Assembly: GCF_009914755.1 (NCBI RefSeq)
Contig: NC_060944.1
Source: the human T2T-CHM13v2.0 reference genome, Homo sapiens
DNA length: 64,000 nt
Strand: one strand, 5' to 3'
Shown: in pieces, positions 30,290 to 49,320 of the stretch
Position numbering within the stretch: position 1 is the first letter of the stretch
How the letters are laid out: each line of letters opens with the position of its first letter
Position numbers and translations under genes: made by a program
Notes under the pieces: model-generated
Told to the model about the DNA's origin: nothing
Databases searched by the model: none
The model's input: the letters and a program-made list of their open reading frames with translations, nothing else

Positions 30290-30620
30290 GAGGCCCCTCG
30301 ACTTATGATGGGATTACTTCCCAATAAACCTATCAAAGTTGAGAAGATCGTAAGCCAAAAATGCATTTAATATACCTACTGAACAGAATAGCTTAGCCTC
30401 ATCTACCTTAAACATGCTCAGAACATTTACATTAGCGTACAGTTGAGCAAAATTGTCTAGCACAAAGCCTATTTTATAATAAAGTGTTGAATATTTCATG
30501 TAATTGATTGAATATTGTACTGAAAGTGAAAAACAATGGTTATGTGGATAATCAGAGTACGGTTTTTACTGAACGCATATCACTTTCACACCCTGGTACA
30601 GTTGAAAATAATAAGTTGAG
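30290..30620 (+). mobile_element. Tigger-family MITE (MER47-like)
   Basis: CCTCGACTTATGATGGG...AAAAATGCATTTAATATACCTA...CACAAAGCCTATTTTATAATAAAGTGTTGAATA. Confidence 0.7.
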
Positions 30621-30749
30621 GATAGTGAGTACTTGGTGTGTGAAATGCACTTAGCTATATAAACTGGGAATACAAAGATAAATAAGACACGGCCCCTGTC
30701 CTCAAGGAGTCTAATCAAAGTTATAATAAAATAATAGTGTAGTATCTGA

Positions 30750-30965
30750 AGCAGCTCTGTCAAATAGAATTTTCTGCAATCATGGAACTAAATCTTACTT
30801 GCTCTAATATGGTAGCCACTGGCCACATGTGACTTGTAAGCATTTAAAATGACTAGTGTAACCAAGGAAGTGATGTTTGACTCAAATAGTTTAAACTTAA
30901 AACTATTAAAATTAAAAGTTTTTAAAATTTAAATAGTTACATGAAATAGCTGCTGTATTGGACAG
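30750..30965 (+). mobile_element. MER3-like hAT-Charlie element
   Basis: CAGCTCTGTCAAATAGAATTTTCTGCAAT...GGTAGCCACTGGCCACATGTG...GTATTGGACAG. Confidence 0.65.
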
Positions 30966-31506
30966 AGGTCTGTTTTATGCCTCAGAGAAGGTCTCAGGCA
31001 TAAAAGATGAGAACTGTGGTGGTGCTGGTAGGGGGCAGACAGGGTATTCAAACGTTCTTTGGGTAGCTTACCAAAAACTACCATTTTCCATGTTTTGGGA
31101 GAGATGCAGGCAGAACCTGTCTTTGTTTCCTGTAATTCAGGTGTTTGATAGGATCTCTAATAGCATCTGGTACATAGGTGAATACATTCCTTTTTTGCCA
31201 GCTTTATTGATGTTTGCCTTATGGGGTCAATGGGACTGCAACAGCAATATGAATCATGAGGTTATATGGATGAATTTGGTGCACCTTAAAAAAAGCACAG
31301 TTTATTTATTTGCTCAGTGTTTTAGCACCCTGTATCCTATTTTTCCCAAGAGAAATAGGCATGTCTTATAATGTGTACCTTCCATTGGTACATTTCAAAG
31401 TATGTCAACTTAGGTTGCTTTATTTGATCCTTCTCCCAGGTCACTCTAGATAGGCACTGCAGGTATTCTCCCTGTTTTACAGATGAGGAAACTATGACAA
31501 AGAAAT

Positions 31507-31800
31507 GCCAGGTCACCGAGTGCGGTGGCTGACTTGTAAACCTAACACTTTGGGAGGCCGAGGTGGGAGGATTGCTTGAGCCCAGGAGTTTGAGGCCAGC
31601 CTGGGCAGCATAATGAGACTTTGTCTCTATAAAAATTTTTCTAAAAATTAGCGGCGCATGGTGACACACACCTGTGGTCTGTTACTTGGGAGGCTGAGTG
31701 GGAGGATTACTTAAGCCTGGGAGGCAGAGGCTGCTGTGAGCCGAGATCGTGCCACTGCACTGTAGCCTGGGCGACAGAGTGAGACCTTGTCTCAAAAAGA
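31507..31800 (+). mobile_element. Alu (AluJ-like) inserted in a MIR
   Basis: Alu consensus flanked by AAGA(G)AAATGCCAG; MIR core CCTGTTTTACAGATGAGGAAACT upstream. Confidence 0.85.
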
Positions 31801-32033
31801 GAAATGCCAGTTGACTTATCCAAAGTCATATGGTGAGGTATGGAGTCAGGACAAAGGGAAGTAGCATTGCACTTTGAGGCAAGAGGTGGAGTTTCTTGTC
31901 CCAGATCCGCTGTTACTTGATGTGATCCTGAGCAAGTCATAGCTTTACTTTGTTTCCTTACCTAGTAGTTAGTGACGTCTGTCTTACCTAACCTTCTAGG
32001 GTTGTTATTGGAATAAAATGAAGTAACATGTAA

Positions 32034-32722
<689 letters not shown>

Positions 32723-33603
32723 TCAAGTAGTTTGTTTTGTTGTATTATGCTGCTGTCGTAACTCATCAGTTACCGTATTGAATACTACTGTACCATGGTG
32801 TCATCTTTGATTTCTCTTGTCTTCCTCACTATGAAACTTTCTCTTGGGCAGCCATTGTGTTTTGTTTATATTAGGATTTGTCCTAAATCCTAGGACAAAT
32901 TTGACATGTAGCTGGTGTTTAATGTTTGTTTAATGAAATAACTGATGTCTGGATGTACTTTACAAAGTTTTAAAGAATTGTTTTTTGTAATGAGACTTGA
33001 AGCTCCTTGGGAACAGGGATGTTGTTTATTTTCTGTGCTTGTTGCATAGAAGGCATGTAATAAATATTGTTTGAATCAATTGATGTAATTAATGTCAGGC
33101 TATGGTCTTAGAGTGTCCACCATTGTATTGATTATTTTGGTAATTTGTCATTTAGACCAAACTTGCATGTTATTTTGCGGTGGTGCTTACAAGCCATAAG
33201 CTGTTACCCAGCACACACAACCTCCAGAGAGAATACCTAGAAAATGAGTACATATAGAGTTGGGAAGGAAATTAAGGGATCTGCAGGGGAGCACTGTTGA
33301 CTTCTTCCCCTTCTTCCCATTATATTTACTTCTGGAGCATTGAAGGTAGAGGTTTCTCTGCTAGCAGCTCAGGTTGATAGCAGACAGCCACCTGGGGAGG
33401 GGACTCAGGATCCCTAATATAGCAGTTGAAGTCCTTAATCATCTAACTTGACAGTTATATCATTATATCTCACTACAGTGCCTGAAACCTCCCTGTTACC
33501 CCCCTGACCGCCCTCAACCTTAGCCTATATGGTAGCCACATTGGAGTTTGCTCTTCTACTATCCCTTCAGTGTATCTTGGACACTTCCATCAAATTGCTT
33601 TAA

Positions 33604-34697
<1,094 letters not shown>

Positions 34698-34960
34698 TCA
34701 TCTGCCCCTTTTTACCCTCAGTCTTATCACCTCAATTTTCTTACCTCCATCAAAATTATACCCTTCCTTCAATGCACAATTCGTATGCTCTGTATCTGTA
34801 GTCTTTCCTGATCTTACCCTGTTGTTTTCCAGCTCAGCCTATCTTTCAATCAAAAGTAATCTTTTTCCTTTGAACTTCCGTGGTGTCTTGCCTATAGTTT
34901 TTAAAAATATCACATTCAACATTTTAATGTTCTAACTTATGTTATAGTTATTTATGGTAG

Positions 34961-35335
34961 GTATTAGTCTGTTTTCATGCTGCTGATAAAGACATACCCA
35001 AGACTGAGCAGTTTACAAAAGAAAGAGGTTTAATGGAGAAATCCTAGTTCCACGTGGCTGGGGAAGCCTCACAATCATGGCAGAAGGCAAGGAAGAGCAA
35101 GACACATCTTATGTGGATGACGGCAGGCCAAGAGAGAACTTGTGCAGGCAAACTCCGGTTTTTAAAAAGCCATCAGATCTCGTGAGATTCATTCGCTGTC
35201 ATGAGAACAGCGCAGTGAAGACTTGCCCCCATAATTCAGTCACCTCCCACAGGGTTCCTCCCATGACATATGGGAATTGTGGGAGTTACAATTCAAGATG
35301 AGATTTGAGTGGGGACACAGAGCCAAACCATATCA
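34961..35335 (-). mobile_element. THE1 (ERVL-MaLR) solo LTR
   Basis: GTATTAGTCTGTTTTCATGCTGCTGATAAAGACATACCCAAGACTG...GGGGACACAGAGCCAAACCATATCA. Confidence 0.9.
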
Positions 35336-35622
35336 ATGTATACATCTTAATCTCCTTAATTAAGCCATAAACTCATTGAAAACAGGAACCAAGTCCTATT
35401 AATCTTTCTTCTTCATGGTTTTAACACTGCATTGGACAAAATAGATGGTTAATAGCTGTTTATTGAATAAGTCTACTTGGTGGTCCCCGCCAGTGTCTCT
35501 GAATGTTCATATGTATAGTCAGGATGCTGACATATACTTACCAATTCTATGACATAAAGATGTAGTAATAAAAACATATTACATTAAGTTGTACCAACAT
35601 TTCTACCACTAAGTTAAAACTA

Positions 35623-36034
35623 CAGTTGACTCTCGTACATCATAAGGGTTAGGAGCACTGACCCTGTGCAATCAAAAATTTTCAAGTAACTTTTGACTCT
35701 GCCAAAACTAGTAATAGTCTTCTGTTGACCAGGAGCCTGGCCAATAACATAAACAGTCAAATAATACATATTTTGTATATATATTATATGCTATATTCTT
35801 AAAGTAAGAGAAAAGAAAACGTTATTAAGAATTAGAAGGAAGAGAAAATGTATTTACTATTCATTAAGTGGTAGTGGATCATAAAGGTCTTCATCCTCAT
35901 CATCTGCATGTTGAGTAGGCTGAGGAGTAAGGGGAGGCATTAGTTTTGCTGTCTCAGGGATGGCAGAAATGGAAGAAAATCCATATGTAAGTGGACCTTA
36001 GCAGTTGAAACCCATGTTGTTCAAGGGTCAACTG
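35623..36034. mobile_element. Tigger2a-like non-autonomous DNA transposon
   Basis: TIRs CAGTTGAC.../...GTCAACTG with TA on both sides. Confidence 0.8.
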
Positions 36035-36088
36035 TACTTGCATTTCTCTACCATCCTTCTAATCTTTAGTCACAGCTGTATGTTTATC

Positions 36089-36852
<764 letters not shown>

Positions 36853-37569
36853 TTATTCTATTATTATCCCCATTTTACAGATGAGGATGTTCCAACACAA
36901 AAGTAGAGTAACTTTTGCAACGTTACCCAGCTTGCAGGTAGAGCTGGGATTTGAATCTATGAAGCCTAGTTCCAGAGCACTGGCTCTTAACCACTCTCAT
37001 CTATGTTTTTATGCTTCTCTGTAATCTCAGTGTTTAATGGCTACATAATAGTATATAGAATTAATATGTCCTAATTATGAAATTTTCCCATTATTGATGG
37101 AAGTTAAATTACACCCACTTCCCCATCTTATATGCAATACTACAGTGAGCATCTTGTACATTTTTAAAAATTGAGCTGTTTTATAAGGATAAACAAGTCA
37201 AATTACCGGGTCAAGGCACCCTTTGTCTTCTGCTTTGTACTGGCAAAACGTTCATGCTATCCTTGGGTGAATGTTTAGGAAATGACATATCAGCCTGAGG
37301 TGCCTTACAAGTGTGCCAACTTACTAACGGGATGGAGCTACAAACAACCCCATGGCAAGTAGACTAAGACATGGCAAGTGTGATCAAGACATGTGAGGGT
37401 TCTGCCATGGTGCTATCCTGAGAGGTTGATTCTTGCCTAGGAGGGCCTAGGTGGTGCAGCAGTACTGGCTCCTGAAAGTAACGTTCTCCAGGATCTCCAA
37501 GGTTTGTTGCTTTGGATAGCCTAAGCCGCAACAGCAAGAGGAGGTTCTTATTTGTGTGTTTAAGAGTAG

Positions 37570-37860
37570 GCTGGGCAGGCGCAGTGGCTCATGCCTGTAA
37601 TCCCAGCACTTTGGGAGGCCGAGGTGGGTGGATCACAAGGTCAGGAGTTCGAGACCAGCCTGGCCAATATGGTGAATACTAAAAATACAAAAATTAGCCA
37701 GGTGTGGTGGTGGGCGCCTGTAGTCCCAGCTACTCAGGAGTCTGAGGCAGGAGAATTGCTTGAACCCAGGAGGCGAGGTCACAGTGAGCCAAGATGGCGC
37801 TATTGCACTCCAGCCTGGGTGACAGAGTGAGACTCCATCTCAAAAAAAAGAAAAGAAAAG
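37570..37860 (+). mobile_element. Alu (AluS-like)
   Basis: Alu consensus; TSD-like AAGAGTAG(G/A)CTGG. Confidence 0.9.
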
Positions 37861-38346
37861 AGTAGACTGGCCACTGACAATACTGGGCCTAATGGAACTC
37901 CCTCTACCAAATCTGTCACTGCACTTTGCCTTCATCCCTTTTTTCCCTAACAGCAGCCACGATGAAATAAAGTGAAGTTGTAGGACCTCCATAGTTGGGT
38001 TATAAGCCCAGCCCCAGCAACAAAGGTGGGTTGGGGTGACTTCTGGGGCACCAACAGCTTATACAAAGTATACACTTCACTATCCTCTTTCCACAAGGAT
38101 TTTGCTATAATTCAGTTACCAAAACTAGTATATGCCTTTATCTGTGATCAGAGGCATAAATTGGACCATAGATAAGTTCTTTTTTAGCTGACATTGTGTT
38201 TTTTTGTTTTTGTTTTTGTTTTATTTTGTTTTGAGTTTAGTTGATAACATTTAAAGAGTAGGAGACTGTAGAAATGTCCAGATTTTCTGTGTCTCTTCAA
38301 AAATTGGATTATCTGGCAAGTCTAGGTCTGCATTCCTTCTAGGTGA

Positions 38347-39986
<1,640 letters not shown>

Positions 39987-41019
39987 TAATCATTTAAACA
40001 TTAATACATTTAGAGAATGAAAATTTCTTACATTTAAAAACTTAAAAAAAGTTTGTCAGAAGGATTTAATAGCTATTAAACCTATTTTGATTGGTCTTTC
40101 ATAAGGTATACTCCTCTCTTCAGAATTGGGAGGGTAGTGGCCATTTCTTAAAAATGCAGATTCTCAGGCCCCAGCTCAGACCTGCAGAATTGAGCTTTTT
40201 CTGAATGGGGTCTAGGAGTCTGCATTTTCAGCTAGACCCTTTCCTCCCCTGATGATTCTTAAGTGTACAGTAGAGTTTGAGAGCTAGTTTGTCCTTTTTT
40301 TTCTTCTTAAAATCTGTTTTCTTCCAATAATATGCTGTGATGGATCCTGAATATTAAATATTCATTTAGTATTTGGAAACCATCCAACTTTTATTTTTAC
40401 TAGTAATTAGCTTCAAACAAGTGAACATTTTTAAATTTTTATTTGAATATAACATACAAAATTTTGGACACACTTTAGTGGAATAGAGGGAATACCTTCT
40501 GATATCTTCCTTTTTCCCACTGGTAAACCTTGACACTCTCAAACACATGGTCAATGTCCACTGTGTGCTAGGGACTCAGAGGTTCAGGAGGCAAGGTCCC
40601 CACCCAAAAAAGGCTGACACTTTTGTGGTGAATGTATCCGTACACCACTAATGAATGAGCTAATGGCAGCTTTATATGAACATCCGGTAATAGGCACTCA
40701 GCTGAGAGGAGTTGGTCTAAGGAGTCAAGAAAGGTTTTACCAAAGAGAGGACATTTGAGTTGGGCTTTGAAGGCTGAGTACTTCATAAGATGGATCAAGG
40801 CAGGGAATGGCAGTTCAGTCAGTGGGAGCAGCATGACCAGTGACTTAGGGTAAGAAAGGATTTGCTGGGCTTGAGCAATCATCAGTAGTTCTTTGTGGCC
40901 ATTGCTTGGGATGTTTGTGGGAAAGTGGCAGTAGAAGATGAGGCTGGCAAGGTAGTGTATGCAATTCCCATTAGAATTGTAGCAAGGCTTTATTGTTGAT
41001 TTTTTTTTTATTTGGATAA

Positions 41020-41400
41020 AATAATAAATCGTATACTGAAGAATAAATGTCTAGAGAAGACAATAAAGTTTTGGAAAAAACATTCTATAAAGCCACTGAA
41101 CTTAAATCATTATGGGTTGGCATGGGAATAGACAAGTAGTTGAGTAGAACAGAAGTTTCATAGATTCTAGAAGAAATGAAAATTTAATATATGACAGAAT
41201 TAGTATTTCAGTTTAGTGCGAAAAGGATGTATTTTTAAGAGGTGATGCTGACACAACTGACCATACATTTAGAAGAAAGTAAAATCAGACCTTTCCTACA
41301 CCACTTACAGAAGTAAATTCCAGATGAATATACAAGTTAAGTGAAAAATTATGCAATTATCTTGCAGGAAAATCTAGGAGACTACATATTCACATTAGGG
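41020..41400 (+). mobile_element. Highly diverged L1 ORF2 fragment
   Basis: TGGCATGGGAATAGACAAGTAG...CCTACACCACTTACAGAAGTAAATTCCAGATG...GAAAATCTAGGAGA. Confidence 0.55.
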
Positions 41401-41451
41401 TTATGTTTTCAAATTTTTGGACTAAGACCTATCATAACAAATGTATTTTCC

Positions 41452-41741
41452 GCTGGGCACGGTGGCTCACACCTGTAATCCCAGCACTTTGGGAGGCTGA
41501 GGCGGGTGGATCACCTGAGGTCGGGAGTTCGAGACCAGCCTGACCAATGTAGAGAAACCCTGCCTCTACTAAAAATACAAAATTAGCCGGGCATGATGGT
41601 GCATGCCTGTAATCCCAGCTACTCAGGACGCTGAGGCAGGAGAATTGCTTGAATCGCGGAGGTTGCTGTGAGCCAAGATCACACCATTGTACTCCAGCCT
41701 GGGCAACAAGAGCAAAACTTCGTCTCAAAAAAGAAAAAAAA
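41452..41741 (+). mobile_element. Alu (AluSp-like)
   Basis: GAGGTCGGGAGTT and GGCAACAAGAGC diagnostics; TSD AAATGTATTTTCC. Confidence 0.92.
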
Positions 41742-42032
41742 TGTATTTTCCATTGTGACCCAGAACATATGCATATATTACAAAGGAAACAAGTTTCACA
41801 GAAACATTGCTTGCCTTTATTATGTGTGATGCCTTTATCATACATCCTATACCATCTAATTAAAACAAGTATTATCCATAACATTTATTTCATGACCCAT
41901 AGTTTGAAAAACATTGATAGTTTCATGACCCACAGTTTGAAAAACATTGATAGAGGCAAGATGTTTGCAGCATTCTTTATCATGCCAATAGTCTATACAT
42001 CTGTTTTATTTATTTCTGTTAATTTCCAATAG

Positions 42033-42314
<282 letters not shown>

Positions 42315-42856
42315 TGAAAATGTACATTTGTTCTTGAAGAATTTGTTTAATGTTAACTTTTTTGTTCTTTTTTCTTTGAAAAGAGCTGTAGTAGAATAAC
42401 GTCAACTTTTTAATGGATTTCTCCCCAACGTAGTATGACTTCTCAATTTTGATCTTGTTTGAGTTGAGGGCTGGGACTCGGAGTTTGTGGAGGTTATAAG
42501 GAGTGAGTTGTACTGTTTTGCTGCTGGGACTTTTTACTAGTTATGGTCAATTCTCCACTTGAGCTGAAGGCCAAGACAAAGACTTGAATGTCAAACACTT
42601 CCCCCAAAGATCTAGGCTTAGTCTTCTGATTTCCATTTAGAGTGTGTTTGGAAGGCCTCATCCCTACCTCTGGATGGCCCCTGACTGAAGACTCATGTCA
42701 AGTTTTCAGGCTATGTGTATGCTGTGCTTAAGCTCTCCCCTGTCCCCATCCCTACCTACTCCTTCCTGGCTTCCAGGTTTAAGAGTGCTGCAGAGAAGCC
42801 AAGCCCTTCTGGCCTAAGCCTAGGTGATTGGAATTGGGGTTGTGTTTGCTGTTTCT

Positions 42857-43061
42857 TTTTTTTTGACAGAGTTTTGCTTTGTCACTCATGCTGGTGTGCA
42901 GTGGCACCACGGCTCACTGCAGCCTCAGTCTCTCTGGGCTCAAATGATTCTTCCACCCCAGTGAGTCCCCAGTAGCTGGAACTACAGACACATGCCACCA
43001 CGCCAGGCTAATTTAAAAAATTTTTTTATAGAGATGATGTTCTTACTATGTTGCCCAGGTT
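42857..43061 (-). mobile_element. Partial AluJ-like element
   Basis: Reverse-complement Alu right arm and linker. Confidence 0.8.
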
Positions 43062-43606
43062 GGGTGTTTACTGTTTCTAAAGATAGGGGCTCTTGGAATG
43101 GCTTGCCCTGAAGCTGGCCCTTTGTTCTTGGGTTCAGCGGCCCAGGCTGAAGTTAAAAAGTTGCCATTGGGAAGTCATGAAGGGGCCCTGAGAATGGAGT
43201 GATAGAGGAGCTTGCTAGTATAAATTCTGGCTAAGATGCAGGATTAAAACTTTGTCCCTTGTGTTGAAGAAGCTCATGCAACCTTCAGACTTCATGTTTA
43301 GCAAAACCTGTACCCTATTTCTCAGACCCTTTTTTTCTGTTTGCTTTTTGGTTTCCTGTGAAGGAGAGATTAGACTTAGATATAAGACTAAAACTTGTAG
43401 CTCTAAGGGTAGGATCCTCCTTCAGCCATGGGTCTCTGAAGAGTAAAGGTCTTCAGTCTGAGGAACATTTTTCTCTCTTCAGAGGACCCTAGATTTATCC
43501 CCGAGGACTAGCACAGGCCCTAGTGTTTCTCTTCCTGGTGCGTTTGTGATCCCTTGTTGCCTTCTCCTGGGAAGAGATGGTACGTGAGTAGATAGAGGTG
43601 CTCTGA

Positions 43607-44674
<1,068 letters not shown>

Positions 44675-45249
44675 TGATAATTAGGGACCTGCAATGTCTT
44701 TTAGAATCTCTTCTCTTATGTGGCTAAATCTTGCTACACCCTGCTCCAAATTTGTCACAGCTTCACTGTGCTGTTATAGGCTTCTTTAACACTTACTGCA
44801 GTTAAACCATGTATTTCCTACCCTTAACCTTTGTAGTTGCTTTTGAGCTTAACAAATTTAATACATATATTTATCTTGTTAGATTTAACTTTGGTTTTAA
44901 GCTGTTGAAGCCTTTTTGAATCCTGAATTTCTGTCCAACAAGTTGGCCATCCTTTTTAGCTTTGTGGTATCTACAGATGATCAGCATACACTGTTTTTCT
45001 TTTTTTTTTTCCCCTAAGTTAGAATCTTGGCAGAGCCTTTGGCATGCCACTGAGCACCTTTTTCCAAAATGATCTTGGCATGTTAATCTACTGTTACTCT
45101 GTCATGTGATGTCTTGACCAGTTGTAAATCTAGCCATTCTACCATCCTCTGGGCCATATGTCTCCATCTTGTCCACAAGGAGATCCTGGGTCTGTCTAGA
45201 TTTCTTGCTAACACCCAGATACCCGTTTGCCGGAGAACTCTGTTAATGG

Positions 45250-45460
45250 TATGGAGAGAATAGCTTAAAATTTCTAGTTGGAAGACCAGGGTTCAAGTTT
45301 TCAGCTCCACCTTTTATAAACCAGTGACTTATGCCAAATTGCTTAATCTTGCTAAGCTTCTGTTTTCTTATGTGTACAGTAAGGATAGTTTACCCTGTCT
45401 ACACAGAGTTATTGTGATGGCTAGATGATATTTATGAAAGTGCTTTGTAAACTGCAAGGA
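45250..45460 (+). mobile_element. MIR SINE
   Basis: GGGTTCAAGTTTTCAGCTCCAC...GTGACTT...GCTTCTGTTTTCTTAT...GAAAGTGCTTTGTAAACTG. Confidence 0.7.
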
Positions 45461-46595
45461 CTACACTGTTGTCAGCCCTCTAAATAGTAACCCTATTAAT
45501 AAAGGAATGAAGCTCATTTGGCATGGCTTGATCTTATTGAGCAGGCTGGGTCTTGGTGATCATGCTTCTCTTTTGTGAGTGTTCACTGATTGCTTAGTAA
45601 TTTGTCTCAAAGTTTTGTCTGGAATTCACTTAAACTTTCCAGTTTACAATGTCTGGAATACAGTTTCCTCCCTTTTTTGCAAATTGGGGTTTCTCATAGA
45701 TGGAGACATATAGCTCAGATGATGGTAGAATGGCTGGATTTATAATTGGTCAAGATACCACATGACAGAATAGTATTAGACTAATGTGCCAAAGTCATTT
45801 TGGAAAAAGTTGCCCAGTGGCACCTTCTAGTTGGAAGACCAGAATTCAAGTTTTCAGCTCCACTTTTTATAAACCAGTGACTTGGGCCAGATTATTTAAT
45901 CTCTACAATTACGACTGCCGGCAGCCTAGTGGTTCAGCCGTCTCTTAGGCAAGTTCTCTCAGTCCTTAGGATGTGATTCAGCTAGGTCAGGAGGCTGGGA
46001 CTCATTCAGTGCAGCTAAATGCCTTGTTAAGATCTTACCCAGCTTCAATCCTTTTTCAGATGTGTTTGTTCTTCATTTTAAGTATTATTATTATTTTTTT
46101 TTTTGGCAGAGAACAGTTGTAAAGTAAGAGTAAACAGTTGATCTTTCTTCCTGTTGTTTGTGCATTTGCATAATCTGGAGATGGAATGTGACTGACTTTA
46201 TATGATTTTCTAAATGCTACACATACTTAAACATTAAGTGGAGAAAAAACTCTAAAATGTTCTATTTTGCATATCTAATCTCTATGGAAATTTGAAATGA
46301 CCTGTATTTACTTTTTAGTTCACAGAGCAAATAATAATAATATCTAAAGGGTAAAAACCAGCATAGGCTTGATATTCAAAAATAAGTAATTTATTTTCTT
46401 CTTAAAGCTTTTGCTTGGGAAATTGTATGTTTGATATGTGAAAAATGCATTATCTAAAATAAATCTGATATTTACGTTGAGACGAATATACTGTCAATTT
46501 AGAGGTTTTTGGCAATAAAAGAGATTGACATTTTAAATCAGTCTACTGAGATAGGAACGTGTAATAATTCTATATGGATATTTTCTTTTGTCTAG

Positions 46596-46799
<204 letters not shown>

Positions 46800-48001
46800 T
46801 AAGCTATACCTGTCTATCTGGCCCATTATCAGGGTCATAGTAAAATATTCATAAACGTTACTATAGTATAGGAGCTGATTTCATTGTTAGTCCTCTGAAC
46901 AGTGACTTCATGTGTTCAGTTAAAGATTGTATTAATGTGAATGTTAGGAGAGATGGGCTTATGTAATGTTTACTAGGAGTTTTTAACAGGTATGTGTTCT
47001 TTAAAGGTTTTTAGCTTTGCTTCTAAAATCTCATACCTGTTAGATATTAAAATACTGTAACATCTTTCCCTTCTACTCAAAAAAATATACTTTTGCCTAT
47101 CACAATTCTTGTTTCCATTTAGGCTAAACACAACTAAGGGAGATGCATCTACCTTAATAGGCATCTTTCCTATGAGAGAGTGAAGACACTTGAAATGATT
47201 ATGGGCAAATTGTTAGTAAGCCAAAAGATTCCTCTTGATAGTTTGTTTCTGATTTTTTTTTCCATCTTAGGCAAGGGCCTTAAATATCATAATATAGGGA
47301 TACCTTCAAGGAGCAGTAGAACATGTTTCCTTTTGGTAAAGTTCTGGTTAGAGCTTTTGGTCTGTCATACGGTGAGGGACTTTGAAAACCAGCTCTGTAA
47401 GTTTTTAACTTTCTAAATATAGAAGGGAGATTACTTTGGAAAATCTGAATTAAAAAAGAGAAGTCTCCAGAACTCTGGTCTGTAGGCTCAGGTGTAAACA
47501 GCATACCATGCATGAAATGCCTGGTGTAGTCTGGCCCCTAACTAGACTAGCTGTTCTGAATTCTGCGTGAGTGCTGCTCTGTAGTCAGACTCGTAAGTCA
47601 GACATTCCTCTAAGACCTCCTAAAGATCTTTCCCATCATGATGTCTTTTTGTCTTCTTCCTCTTCCTTCTCTCCATCACCACATCTCATTCTTGTTGGTT
47701 CTTTAATTCTGCCTTGTGAGGAGAAGTCCTACCTAACCACTCAGGCCCACAGCGATCACACCTTCTCTGAACCTATATGATACTTTCTGCATCACTCTTG
47801 TATCTCTCACTGTTTTATTGCTTATCTTTTAAAATGTGTGTCTCCTTTCCCCATCTAACCAACTCAAAGGCAGGAACTCTGTTGTCTCTATTTTAGGCTT
47901 CCACAGTATCTGGTGCAATACTGGTATTTTAATACTTAGTACTTATCTTAGGTGTCAATTAAATGCGTGTTGTTTGTATTTATTGATTTCACATGGAATT
48001 A

Positions 48002-48370
<369 letters not shown>

Positions 48371-49074
48371 CTAAAATGGTGTAATAGTTTTAATACTTTC
48401 TTGTTATCTTATTTAGGAGCCTACTAGGCTTTTTCTTCGTGCCTGGGATAGTCTCATGAGTAGTATTGTCACTGTGTCTCTTTCCTCTTTGTAAGCCTAC
48501 TACCTTTCAGTGCTCAGTTAATTTGTATTGATGAAAAAAAATTAATGGCATTTGAGTTAATTAGGCTTGTGCCTTTACTTTTCTCTTTTGAGAAACATGA
48601 CTACCTTATAAATGGTTTTGCTATTTGGTAATTACCTTGTTTTCTCAAAAGTATGTGTGCATAAGTGTTAGTAAATTCTGAGAGGGTACTCAACTGAGAA
48701 TTAGAGTTCTCTTCCTGGCTAATGTTTTAGGAAAATTAGCTGAATATTTTCAATGGTAAGTATTGGTGTTATGATCTCATCTCCCATTATTTGAAGTTTT
48801 AGTTGTTTATTTGATTCTGATAGTTCACAAAACTGTCATCTAAGTTTACTTAATTAGTTGTTTTTATAAAAACTGACATTCAAAATGGAGGGAACTGCCT
48901 TTGCCATTTTGCTAGAGATTATGTCAGAATGAATGTAACATTTCTCTTTTGCCCATCAGTTTGATTTTTTTTTTTAAGATTGAGTGAAGAGTAAATCATC
49001 TTTTAAAGTTGGTTAAGGTTTTAATTGCTCACATATACTATACTGTACTTTAGAAAAACATATTATTGTTCTGA

Positions 49075-49320
49075 AGCAGGGTTAGCAAAGAGTCAGATAG
49101 CATTTTAGGCTTTGCAGGTCATATAGTGTTATAATTAGTCAGTTCTGCTGGTGTGGCATGAAAGCAGCCATAGACAATATATAAATGAATGATCATTACT
49201 GTGTTCCAATACAACTTCATTTACAATATAGATAGTAGGCCAGATTTGTAAACTCTATTTACAATAAAAGATGGCAGGCCAGGTTTGACCCATTGGCCAG
49301 CATTCACCACCACTGTTCTA
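49075..49320 (+). mobile_element. MER58-like hAT-Charlie element
   Basis: CAGGGTTAGCAAA...ATTTTAGGCTTTGCAGG...AAAGCAGCCATAGACAATA...CTGTGTTCCAATA. Confidence 0.7.
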
